Shown: positions 9,960-22,382 of the stretch, piece by piece | Numbering within the stretch: position 1 is the first letter of the stretch | How the letters are laid out: each line of letters starts with the position of its first letter | NCBI RefSeq assembly: GCF_964355755.1 | Contig: NC_092673.1 | Span: 31,059,648 to 31,123,647 of the forward strand | DNA from: Antedon mediterranea | Lineage: Eukaryota > Animalia > Echinodermata | Direction of reading: 5' to 3' | DNA: 64,000 nt | Notes under the pieces: generated by a model | What the model saw: the letters and a program-made list of their open reading frames with translations, nothing else | What the model was told of the DNA's origin: nothing | Database searches by the model: none | Position numbers and translations under genes: made by a program

Positions 9960-12900
9960 ATGACATCATACGAACAACACATGAGGATTCATTCATCTAA
10001 GGAAAGTTTAGGATCAAGTATTTATCCAATGCTGGGCACTCTAGGCAGTGGCAATGTGGTTATTAAAACAGAGCCTGGCTCGGTTGAAGATCAGGATACG
10101 AGTGACGACGAAAGCATGTCGGTAAGTTGCTTATCTTTGAGTCATGTTTACCATAAGTGAAATAAGGAGGCAAACAAGACTGCCTCCTCTCATAGTTGTT
10201 ATATGTGATTCATCTGTTTGTTTAGATGTGTTGGGCTTGAAACAATGTGGTAAAATAAAGAATTCCGTGTATTTATAATACGTATATCAAAGAAAGAAGC
10301 TCTACTAAAAGTATTAAACCGAAATGTACAGACATTGTTAGTTGTTGTCAGTTGTTATATTGTCAGGAAGAAATACGTTTTTGATATGTGTGAGTCATAT
10401 GTTTGTTTAAAAGTGTTGAGTTTTGAACTTGAAACAATTTGATAAGGTAAAGAATTCATGTGTTTATAATACGTATATCAAAGAAAGAAACTCTACTAAA
10501 GGTTTAACCCGAAATTTATTATTATTTATTATGATGTTATTAATATCATGGTACTCTGAACAAAATTCAACTAAACGCAAGTTATCGTGTCAAGAAGAAA
10601 TAAGCAAATGTCTTTATGGCCGGGTCAAAACCGCCACGATAGTGCTGTACCTCCAATGGACCTTCACAACTTTTAACAATTCTCCGTCGAATGACGACGT
10701 ATTTTTGTTAGTAACGGTCGCCTAAGAGTTTCTAATGCTCTAAATAAATAATCTAGGCCTAGGCCTACTCATATGCTTTTATTGTAAGACACGAAATTAC
10801 CTAACTGTTAGTATTTATTTATTTATTTCCAAACCCAACCAACAGCAAAATAAATTCGCCAATAACAGGAGGGTAAGTACCAATGCTTCTTATGGAAATG
10901 AAATTTAGTTTTAAGATAAAAATAAACCGTTGTTGTAAATATTATTTCAAAATGTTAATTAAATTGGTTCATGGAGTAAACCTCATTTTTACATTAACAA
11001 TTCTACCAAACCTTTACAGTTTTGTAAACATTAAATTCACATATTATTTGAAAATTCAATCATAATTTAGAAGTCTTCATTTTTCTTCATTTAAACAACC
11101 GACATGATACAATTACACTCTACCTATTAACCACGTATCTAAATTGAGTTATTGTATTAATATTATTGAATATGTCTACAAATACTTATACACAATCGAC
11201 ACTGTCGAGGCATTCTGAACTTTGCTTTAAATCTTTTTCTTTACTCCATTTACTAAATTACAAACAACAATACATTTTGCACTCTACCTTTGCTGTCTGT
11301 ATTTATCTATATATTTACTATATATCTGTAATTTAACCACATTTACTAATTGTATTAATAAACATTAAATAATAGTTTGAATCGAAATTGTAGGAAAGAT
11401 GAATAAAAACCAAAAGTAAGGATTCTGCACTCAGCAGGAAATAGTAAAGTAACAAACTTTATTTGCTTTCGATACTTTTCGTTTGGTTTTGTTACATTTT
11501 TCCCCATTTCGTTACATTTGTTTTAATTTCGTTACATTTGTTTTATTTCGTTACATTTGTTTTAATTTCGTTACATTTGTTTTAATTTTGTTACATTTTG
11601 TTTAATTTCGTTATATTCTGTTCCATTTCATTTAATTTCGTTACATTTTGTTTCATTTCGTTACATTTCGTTTCATTCACTACTTTGGTAACAAACATTG
11701 CAACTGTCAAAAAATATATGATTAAAATTAAAAAACGTTAAAACTTTTCCTTTGTTCACAGTCCGTTTTTATTATACCATCAAAACATTCATAGATTTCT
11801 GGTTACCACGTCATCTTAAAACTTAATACATTTTTTAGATTGTAAGACAAAGCCCACATTTATGAGTAAAAGCGGTGTAGTAATGGACATGCCGGTTATA
11901 AAAACTATAAAGTTTTACTGACTTTTTTTATTACATTTAACAACAAAAAAGTGCGATTCATTGTTGATTAAAATTGACCCTTTGCGTTTTATCTCTCATT
12001 AGTTAAACTAAAAGCTATACTCGTTGCCGTTTCTTAGTACTGCCTTCACTGACCTACAAAGTGTATGTATGACACTGATATTTGATATAAAAAAGAAAGA
12101 AGAAAAAAACCTAATAAAAACTGATTAGAAGTCGTAGCTTATGATTTTAATTACTGAAGTTCTTAAGTATGTTGGTATGTTGTTGTAGGATTATTATTAA
12201 TTTCTTACTGTATTTCGGTATTAAATTCAGAATTATCGTAACTATATAGTTGTTTTTAAAACGAATGTATTATGGCAGTGTTTTTTTTTATGGTAGAGAA
12301 TACCAATTTGATATTATAGAGACACAACACAAAGTGTACTTAATAACGGCCCTGGTTCTTTATTGAAGACTATTGTTTTGTGCTAAGTCAAGTTTCACAT
12401 TCTATTCCAGGCGCGCCTACTTATTTTTATAACCGCCTTAGTAGGTCTAACCATTCTTGATTGAACATTACCGGAGTAGTTCTACTACTACAGGTTATCT
12501 TATATATAATTTACATTATCATTTTTCTCTTTCAGTCCGATGTTGATGAATGTGAGGGGTGCGGAGATCCTATATCGGATCGGTTCTTCTTGAAAGTTGG
12601 TCTTCACTCCTGGCATACCGATTGTCTGCATTGCTGCATGTGCACCTGTAGCCTCAGCGGTCATCATGCATGTTACTTCAAAGATGGACAGGTGTATTGT
12701 AAACTTGATTATACTAGGTAAGTTTTATGAAGTATGTTTTCATACGTGTTTGATCTAAAAAATGACTGGGTAATAATGAGAAGCGCTTTTACGAATTGTA
12801 CAATAAGCGCTATATAAGAACAAATATTCTCACTCCTGAGGACGATCAAAGCATATTGATCGAAACGTCGAGAAACTCAACAGTTCTTTTCAGAACAAAT

Positions 12901-15900
12901 ATACGTGGTGTACCGCAAACTTTATATCATCAGAACAAATATTACTATTAAGTATTTATTTATTTATTTCAACAATATTTGCAGATCATTAACAATACAA
13001 ATTAAATTAAAATAAATATAGGCCTAATTTATAAAGAAAAAGGCACAAACAAATTAGAATAACAAATTAAATGAATTAAATTATTGACCATCTCGGAAGA
13101 AAAGATAGGGAAAAGGAAGCAACTAAACAAGAAGATGGTTCTTGGGCAGGAATTTGATATTTGATAATGTAAAAACGAAAGTAGAAAATAAATAATATTA
13201 ATAATACGCATACAGTGTTAAGAGTTTAAACCCGTTTTAGTTTTATATAATAATATTTACTTTTATTATTAATTAAAAACCTACATTTTATAAAACATTG
13301 TACGGCTGGTAAATATGAAGGTACCAATTCACACGCATTCTTTTAATGTACAAAACAGCAACGTTTTATGATGATAAAAAAAAAGCTCAGCTAAGTTAGG
13401 CCTAAACAGTTTATTATCGGAATTCCACCCGACACTCAGTGCTGTATCTCCACATATGACAATATTTTCCCAGTATGGTATCCAGTTTTGTATCATGTAA
13501 GGGAAGGGTTAGGTCTATGATATTAGGAGATTCATATGAAACACGTGTGACTGTGTATCACGGTATTTTCATATGATACTTGTTTATTTTTGTGTTGTTG
13601 AAATTTGGATACTTTTTATTGTAAGGTAATCCATCTCCTTCTTTTGTTAATTTCCCCGAGAGATGATGATGATGATACTGATAGATAGGCCTACATTCCA
13701 ATTAAAATCGGATCGGAACTTTTTTACTTAAAATATATGAAAAAGACACTCACTTCTTGGGTTTAAATAAAGCCCATCAAGTAAGTGCTCTTAAACACAT
13801 AATTGGTTTGTCAAACTTTTCCAATGCTAACAGTCAATTGGTATTGATTACCTTATAAAGTCATTATAAATGTCAATGGATTGTATTTATCTAGGCTTTT
13901 GTTCACTTAACATAATCATTTGTTTTTATCCAGTTTTATTGAATTCTACGCGTAAACAATCCACTGCCTTTAGGCCTATGTAAGCGGTACTTCCAAGTTG
14001 CTGTATCGATTTAGAGACCTTTATAACGTTTTTCAAAAGCTAAATAAAATAGATTAGGTATTTAAATCTGTCTGATAATGCAGCATTGTACCCTACACTT
14101 ACAGAATCGATAAATTCTTTGGTAAATTTAAAAACTGGTGCAGTCAGTCCGTTCGAAATAATCATCTTAACTTTGTCCATGATGTGCTCAGTTTTTAAAA
14201 TAACGTAAGAAAATAGTGTTTTTTTTCTTTAAAATCCAATCCTCAAGGAAGAGATAAGACCGAATTTTCTTCATTTGAACTTTTTAACATTAGTGCCTGT
14301 TTAAGCAAAAAGATTAATAAATGTCAGAATTGCATTCTGGTCTAGAGGCTGGCCTTATTTATTATGTCTTATTGTTAACATTTCAAAACATTCGGGTGAT
14401 TATAAAAGTAGTATTTTCCTTAACTCATTTTAAAGCAGGACATTTTTTCCTTTTTATATAGAGAATTCGGCACAAAATGTGCAAAATGCAATAGAGGAAT
14501 TCAGTCGAGTGATTGGGTAAGACGAGCCAAAGACCACGTGTTCCATTTAGCATGCTTTGCGTGCGACAACTGCAAACGGCAGCTTTCAACTGGTGAAGAA
14601 TTCGCTATGATGGACAACCGGGTTCTTTGTAAAGCACACTATATGGAATTAATCGAAACGTCTTTCAAAGTTGGAACAAGTGACGGAGGTAGTTATACTT
14701 TTATGTGTTAAGCTCTCTTTAAACTTTATGTGACAAAAAAAAATGATGACGTGATGTGGAGACAGTGATGTCACATTACTACCATATTTGGGCACATCAC
14801 AATTGTCACATAAAGTTTGATAGTGTAGACACAGCTTTAGATAAGCAACTTGGTTTGTGTTTTACCCGTCATCATGGCCGAGAATTACTGAACTCGGCAT
14901 TTTCCCTTACGAAGAACCTGATCTAACATAGGCTGGGCGTATTGCAAAGGGAAGGAAGGTCCCGCAGCTCGAACGCTGCGAGTCATTGTCGTGTGGTCGA
15001 GGAGGAAAGAATACAGTAAGACATTTCGATAAAGTGCTATTATAGATAATCTACACGTGATGATTAAACTCTTATATAAATGAAAATAAGTTGAAAATAT
15101 TGAAAATAAGTTTAAGTCAGCTTATTTGAATTTTGATAGAGAAGCCTAGGCCACATATAATATTTATTAAAATGCGTTTTGTTTTAACAGACAGTGCATA
15201 CGACTCATCATCCGGGCAATCACGAATGGCCCATCGTCCTAAGCGTGTCCGCACTACATTCTCCGAGGACCAGTTAGAAGTTTTACAGGTGAATTTCCAG
15301 GTGGACAGTAATCCGGATGGACAGGACCTGGAACGCATTGCTAATATCACTGGACTCAGCAAACGCGTTACCCAAGTATGGTTTCAAAACTCAAGAGCCC
15401 GCCAAAAGAAATTTCAGACTCGTAGTCATAGTGAAGGCTCACCATCAAGTCGTAAGTTAATATTGTTAATATTATTTTTCCTATTATTTATTACTACTAT
15501 ACTGTTGTAAATGTTTGGATAAACTCTAAACTTCTCAGAAAATTGAAGTCTAGTTATGTTGTGTTTTCTTGCGTAGATCGTTTATTGTCAAACCGTTTCC
15601 ATAGTCAACTGGTTTTCAAAATGATGACTTGCAATGATAAAAAACAGACATCGGAGAAATATAACAAAAATTTTAATTTCTTTATATATTGTGTTTTAAT
15701 AATCAACAAATAAAAATGAAAGATTTTTAAAGTATTGAATATAATAGTCAGAACACGATGCATCGCCTTAGGTAGATTTGTGCATCTAACAAATTGAATT
15801 TACATAATGTTATTAAGCCTACAAATACTGATTGTTAATAATATGGTAATCTTGTAATGTTAACGCAATGACCACACTACCACAATGTCTCATAATTAAT

Positions 15901-16103
15901 AACCTGCCTAGATTATCAACTTTTGAACTTTAGCGTGTTTTCGACTTTAACGAATAAGTGACGCAAGTACGTCTAAATTGCTCTATAAAAAAAAAATTCA
16001 TAAACACTACTATTTCTATCTTTCAGCTTCTAAATCTCCATGTGGAAAATGTGGCCATTCCTACTGTGGCTGTCACGTGATGATGTGCTCTCCACAATCG
16101 TAA
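9960..16103 (+). CDS. Awh: LIM/homeobox transcription factor Arrowhead (Lhx6/8 class), ~302 aa, 5 coding exons
   Basis: Exons 9960-10121, 12536-12717 (LIM1 CEGC..WHTDCLHC..C..YCKLDY), 14462-14688 (LIM2 CAKC..WVRRAKDHVFHLACFACDNCKRQLSTGEEF..LCKAHY), 15191-15451 (homeodomain KRVRTTFSEDQLEVLQVNFQVDSNPDGQDLERIANITGLSKRVTQVWFQNSRARQKK, Arrowhead signature) and 16027-16103 (TAA). Phases are consistent. The first and last exons are less certain than the domain exons. Confidence 0.93.
11505..11675. repeat. ~20-bp AT-rich minisatellite (TTTCGTTACATTTGTTTTAA)n
   Basis: Repeated TTCGTTACATTT units in Awh intron 1. Confidence 0.85.
12829..12931 (+). mobile_element. 103-bp hammerhead-bearing mini-element, copy 1
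   Basis: Flanked by the 12-bp direct repeat AGAACAAATATT (12817-12828, 12932-12943). Second copy at 8918-9021. Confidence 0.82.
12833..12872 (+). ncRNA. Minimal type I hammerhead ribozyme
   Basis: CTC-CTGAGGA-C-GATCAA(agcata)TTGATC-GAAAC-GTC^GAG: CUGANGA and GAAA cores, 6-bp stem II, palindromic ACGT stem III, GUC cleavage triplet and a CTC/GAG stem I. Confidence 0.78.
14711..14836. mobile_element. MITE family A
   Basis: AGCTCTC...AAGTTTGATAGTGTAGACACAGCT with TTA flanks. Confidence 0.8.
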
Positions 16104-18444
16104 CACAAGTATGACGTAATTTCTAATCAACTCCAAAAAATGTCTTATGATCGGGGAAAATCGCACCGAAACAGGTGGACAAGACGTGCAGATTACTCCG
16201 AACGTATATGTAGGCCTACTGGTGGTATAACTGGCGAACGAAAGCCGCAGGCCTCATGCAAGACATCCACGGACAAAAGTCAAGAGGATACCGCACTATT
16301 TGAAGCTCCTAACCCACGGAAGATTAAAAGTCCAGTAGCTCTATAATGGTATTTTAATGACCAGTGGTGCGGCTACGTTCTTGTTCATGAAAATACTTGT
16401 AGCGAATTTTTAATTTGATGGTACTCAAAGAGAAAGACCAGAACAGCTGTTGAAAACGACATCGATATTATTATAAATATATATATAATATAGTTATAGA
16501 ATGTAAATAGTTATTAATATATTATTATATAGGTAGATTATATTGCGTGACTATTGTCACTATGGTCACTATGAAGTCGCAAATATGGTAGGGACGGATG
16601 AAAAAAGCTAAATGTATACACCCCAAATACTACTTGTGGTTAGCGTGAGCCTGGTACCGTATGAAAATTTCCATTAAGTATCTTAACATTTGCAAATAGT
16701 TGAATTCAACTATTTCCATGATACTGAATACCTAGGTGCTGAACCATAAAGTCGACGCGCGCGTACACTATTTTCATTAATGTTTGAACGCCGACAGCTG
16801 TGTGAAATTACAGTGTATTGTCGTGGTTTAACAGACTTTTTGGTAAGACCGGGTAACTGAAGAAATATATCTATACAGTTTCACATTGTAATTAGCACAT
16901 TCAGGAATATTATGTTTCTTTTTAATGCGTTTCAGCATAGAGAGATTATAGTAAAACCTGTATGATTTCAGTCAATTATAATTAGCATTTTCTGGTCGTT
17001 GTGTCAGTGTTATGTCATTGTTGTTTAAGCATGGGGCTATTGTAGCTCTATCGTGTAAGTTGTTTGCTGAATAAATGCTGGAAGCTATAGATGTGGTTTT
17101 GCGTTTGTATTGCCAACTATATCGGGGCTTATTAGAACTATGTAGGCTACGTTTGTAGGCTAACATTCATTTACGTAAACTCTGGAAAGCGTTAAAAACA
17201 ACAAAATCGTTAATAATATTATCCTGGATTAATAAAGCGCCTAATGTGAAAAAAAGAAGTGCTGTACATATTATTACCCCCGTCATTTTTGGATCAAGCA
17301 CGTATGGATACATACTGGTACTGACATAATGCAGCTGGTCATCAGTGCAATATTTACCTTACCAGGCACCAATTTCATTTGTACACCTGGGATGGAGATT
17401 AGAAGTAACTCTCTCACTGCATAATGGTTTAATAAAAACAGAAAAACGTGGTTAATAAGTAAAACGTATATTAGCTTCATTTAATTTTGTTTTATTTGTA
17501 CGCCTGTCAAGTTCGAAGTTCAATGTAGAATGTTAAGCTAAACTTACTAAATTGGCATTAACATATAGTAAAATAAAATACATTTAAATTTTACTTGAAA
17601 TGTAAAATAATAAAACTTAATAGGAAACGAAGATACGACAATAAACATTTATAAGACGGACAAAATATATAAAGAATATTTGACACACATTGACTCTGTG
17701 TGCAAACATCGCCCGTAATCCACGATATTTAAAAGACAACTTTGTATTTAAATTTTATGTTTTTTATTTATAAAATATAGTTATTTACGACCATGCTGAA
17801 TTACACTGATGCAAGATACGACGTTTAGCAGTCTTTTTTTCTTTCAAACCGGTGCTACAAAAATATGAAGTAGAAGATAAGATAATAATAATATATATTA
17901 TATAGATAATAATAATTTAGTCCTACCAAAATGACTTGTAAATATTAACCGTGTGATAGGCCTATATTTAATACAGATTTTGTATATAAACTTGACCGCT
18001 ATTTCCAGCTGTTATTCTCTAAGTAATGCAAGCAATTTACATATTCTCTGACGTTTTTTCCTGATTTTCTTTTATACATTTTGCACCCAGCTTTCCGATT
18101 GTTCAAAAACACAGAGGAAAACTGTGAAAGATTTTAAAATATGGCCTGCTGCATCTCGAGGAAATAGTCGTAACAATGTTTTCTATTGACACTTTAATGC
18201 TAGAAATTTTATTTTGTGACGAACAAGAAAAAGGTGTTGCAAACTAAGGCAGGTATGTAATACGTTCATTTTATTACTGTATTTCCCACTGATAGCCTAG
18301 GCCGGTTTGCCGATCTTGCATGGTAGTGATATGTGAATAACAGTACTGCATAATGGGCAGGATCTCGCTTAGGCCTACTTATTTATTCGTGGTAGTCCTA
18401 ACGTGTTTCAATGTATAACCGGCCTAAATGTGGTTCTTCTGGAG

Positions 18445-18630
18445 TATAGTTAAATGGCCCGAGTGGCAGGGAGGGTCGCTTACCGACAATATCGGCATTG
18501 GTTCGAGGGTGACTCGCTCCTTTAAATTCAGTTTATCATTCGAAAAGAGTGGGGACTACCCCGTTGAACTGGTTACAACAAGCCCCTGTACATTCACGAT
18601 CCCGTTCACTATCCTGTACCTATGTTTAAC
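18445..18630 (+). mobile_element. tRNA-derived SINE remnant
   Basis: A-box-like TGGCCCGAGTGG, B-box-like GGTTCGAG, and downstream TTCGAAAAGAGTGGGGA reminiscent of Deu/Nin-domain SINEs. Confidence 0.45.
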
Positions 18631-18956
18631 CACTATCTAGCCCTAGTAGGCCTGCCGTACGTCTAATACATTTTAAAATATGTTATATTTCTAAAGTGTT
18701 TAAGACCTAGGTCTATGAATTTTATGAGCTGCCAACAACGAATTAATTTCTTTCATGCTAGACAAATAAAATGTATGTATTTTATCTAGTGTCGCCTGCT
18801 TAGTAAAATATGTTTGATACTACGATACTAGTGGGGATTCCGAATTTTGTCGGTGGGGAGTGAAAATAGTAAGTTACTTTTGCAAAAGATAAAAAAAAAT
18901 TTTATTAAAGCAGGCAGAAAAAGAGATATATTCGTATAATGTTTAATAGTTGTACC

Positions 18957-19168
18957 TAGGCAATCTAGTTGTGGTAGTTGAGCTGTGGGGAACAAAGGGT
19001 TTATCTCTGGCTGCGAAACGATCAGTTTCACGCCCCTTAATAGAAACGCACGGCGGCACCGGTAGTACTCCAGTACTGTGGTATTTGTCGCAGCCAGACA
19101 TAAGATTAAAGGACGAGTTCCTATCTTGACAAGGCGAGCTCAGTATCTTGATGTTAGACTGCCTTGCT
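18957..19168. mobile_element. Dispersed TIR-type repeat (second copy 44617-44795)
   Basis: Ends AGGCAATCTA / TAGACTGCCT, internal inverted repeat TTATCTCTGGCTGCGA / TCGCAGCCAGACATAA, alignable with 44617-44795. Confidence 0.65.
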
Positions 19169-20986
19169 TGTACATGCTTTATTATACAATGAAATGTAAA
19201 ATCTACTTCAGTAATTCAATTTAACTTAGATCGTCTTCAAATTATTTCTTGCTCGTTAGTACCATAATTAAATGAAACTTAACATGATTAATGAATAATA
19301 TAATTATACATGTCGGGCATTTCGAGTAATAGTATTACTACAAACCTAATTTTAGTTAACGAACTTTTGTTTCATCTATTGGTACATTCTTAATGAGTGA
19401 AGGTTTCATAACATATGTTCATACAGTTTTATTTGAACATGTTGGTAAACATTTTTAATCAGTCCTTTGTCACAGTTACAGACAGTATTTACGGAAAGCA
19501 AAACAAAAGCATAAACAAAATCTGGATCATAGTCTAGGCCTATTTTCATTCTTTGTTCTAGCAAAAATCAAATCAATAGCGAAAAGATAAAATCAAAAGT
19601 ATCTCAGTGTAGGCCTACAGTGTTTAAACGCGGGAAGTCTGAACGATTTTGACCTAAGAAAATGGCACGCGAATTGTTTTGTTTTAGGATATTATTTATC
19701 GTCTGCCGAACATTTAAAAACAGCGGGAAGAAATCACACAGACGACACTTGATACTTATACATTCTAAATTGTTAGTGTAAATACATAACCAGTAAATTA
19801 GCTTAGTGTCTATTACGATCGTAGTGGCTGTATGTGATTTGTTCCGTAGAGTGGGTCATTGTTTTTGCTTTCAAATATTGACACTTTTGTTCTAAGATGA
19901 ATACGTGTTAATGAAGGCATGATTAGAATACGTCATGACAGATGCTTCAATGGTTTCTCTACCTGCGTCGTAGTTAACTCTATTATTGTGATTATTGTTG
20001 TTATTGTTTTGCTTTAAAAATAACATTATTAATTCATACAGTCTCCCAAAAGATCGGTAATATGATTTCAACTGAATTTTATATTTTTGTGGGGAGACTG
20101 TCATTTAGCCTACGAACAATACTTTTATATCTAAAACATATTAAATATATGTATTTTTATTTCTATTCACACTTGTTCCACCTCGATTCCATTACTTACG
20201 TCTTCCGTTCATTGAAACGGACAAATGTGAAAGGTAGTTTAAAGTGTAGCTCCGGTTCAAACTTTCAAATGTTTATTTCAAAATATAATTTGTAAGTTTT
20301 CTATAAATCCTGTTTATTTTTCCGTCAAAAAGCGGTACTACAGCAACTTTCTAAAATCTACCTTTTGCCGGTTTTAGTACAGGTTTACTCCAGGACTAAA
20401 GTCCCCTTTCATGAATACCATTTCGAGTCCAGGACTAAATCTAGAGATAATCCTCTTTCATGAATACCGGCCATACATTTTTAGCCCGGAGGTACTATTT
20501 AACTAAACTAGAGTCTCCTCATTGTCAATACGTACCTCCTATTCATGGACAGCCCATAATAATAGTGAAACATTTTTGAGTTATGAGGGTGTCCTCTTAA
20601 TAAGGGCTCTATACTTTGCGATCGATTATTAATTTTTGATGGTAACTTATTTCACCTACTGTAGGTGATCATTTGAGACAGAAAAGCGACATTCCTTCAG
20701 ATTTTGAATATATATTTATTATTTTTAATACTGTTCATTATTATATAGCATGATTTTCAAAATCAAATCAATAGTTTAATATTTTAAAACTTGTCATTTT
20801 CCATTTGTTCTGTTTTGCAACTGAGCCTCACTTGTGTCGAGCGTAGTTTATGCAAGACCACCCATTAGATTCACTTGAAAATTAGGCCTATTGTCCTCTT
20901 CATTCCTGCTGATTTGTTCAGTTTATCCCTCACTTCCTCTTCCTTCTCAAAGATGTTTTTTCAACTTAAATCTGACTATATTTCTA

Positions 20987-22102
20987 TCATAACTGCGATG
21001 ACTGTTCTGCGCATGTCAAGAATGTTTCAAGTTCTGCTATGCACTGCTGTACGTCTTGTGGATGTTGTTTCAAACAAGTGGCATACACTTTAAAACTTTC
21101 TGCGCATTCTTTGTTTATCTTCTGAACTATTGGACTGGGGAAAAAATAATACGTTAGCGGCTATTCATCGTACTTGCTATTCATCCTACACGCTAATTTT
21201 GTATCGATTTTAAACCTATTTTATTCAAAGTGAACAAAAGGGCACAGAAAAACAATTAATAACTTGTTATATTTGAAAAGCTAATAATTAGCAATAATTA
21301 ATTAATAATAACATATAGGCCTAATAGGCAAGTGTTTGAAACTAGAATAAGATTAAGATAATATTATTCTCATCCAAAAAAGAGGATGAATGAATTAAGC
21401 GTCTTTCACGCCTGTTCCGACACGGGTTCGGTCCGGCGCCGAAAAATCCAACGTTTCGTTTTCACGTTGGTACGCACATATAGATTGGTGCATAGCCGCG
21501 TGGAGAGCGTGGTGAAAACGAAAAATGTTACGTTCGATTTGATTTTCGCTCCGCGGACCGGGAACCTGCCTGAATGTGAGAAGACGCGCTTTATATTAAA
21601 TATAAACGTACTGTTGAGAGGAACACTTAGTGGCCTCATTCTTCAATTCATTACACTCGTGTTGCCAAGAAGTTGGGTTTTCTGATACACATCTCCCGTA
21701 ATTATCAAGTTCCTTGCTACAATATTTTGTTATAATATTCACAATCGCATCCCTACAACAAGAATAATTTCAATGATAAGCAGAAGTCAATTTAGGAATT
21801 ATTTTATAATAACTTTGTCTGCATATAGATCCAGTGAATTTACTAAATCATGGAGACTCTTTATATTCCAGGCCGTGATGATCACTTCCTCTTTAATGCA
21901 AATCTGTCTGCTGCAATTGTCATTTTGAGCACCGACCTGCTGAGGTCGTGGTGGGATACAATCCTACTCCTAGCTAGGCCTAGACAGTTTTTATCACTAT
22001 TATCTAACTAGGATTTTAGTTTCTTTAGTAATTGTGAATAACATAAAAGCAACAGTAAAGTCTATAGTAATGAAACCTCACAAAAGACAAAGTTTATTAC
22101 AT
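20987..22102 (-). CDS. CHCHD5: Coiled-coil-helix-coiled-coil-helix domain protein 5 (four CX9C motifs, mitochondrial IMS), ~96 aa
   Basis: Minus-strand exons 21752-21612 (DAIVNIITKYCSKELDNYGRCVSENPTSWQHECNELKNEATKCSSQH) and 21134-20987 (PIVQKINKECAESFKVYATCLKQHPQDVQQCIAELETFLTCAEQSSQL*), with canonical AG/GT sites and four exact CX9C motifs. The ATG appears split (AT|G). The 2-nt coding first exon is probably 22102-22101 (alternative 22218-22217), so the 5' coordinate is uncertain. Confidence 0.88.
21397..21592. mobile_element. Palindromic MITE in CHCHD5 intron
   Basis: Nested inverted repeats: AGCGTCTTTCAC / GTGAGAAGACGC, GGTTCGGTCCG / CGGACCGGGAACC, TTCGTTTTCAC / GTGAAAACGAA. Confidence 0.6.
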
Positions 22103-22382
22103 AATAAAGCTTCGGAAACAAACAAAAACAAAACAGTATGATTTTTAGTGCTCTGGAGTACTCAAATCAAAACAATCAAATTAATATCCTTGGCCTAAAA
22201 GTCTTTATGATATTACATTAGAATGAGAAAAAACTATTACCAAAATATTTAAATAATAATTATAAATAAAATAATTGAAAATTATTATAGTATAAATATG
22301 GTATTATAAATGATGATAATTATTTTTTTTAAAATAATTATGATATTTGTATATGATTGTTAGTGGTTAAATTTCATCCAAC

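Noticed and set aside
16140-16346. 68-aa ORF after the Awh stop
   Set aside because: Lies in the presumed 3' UTR, with no homology and no splice link.
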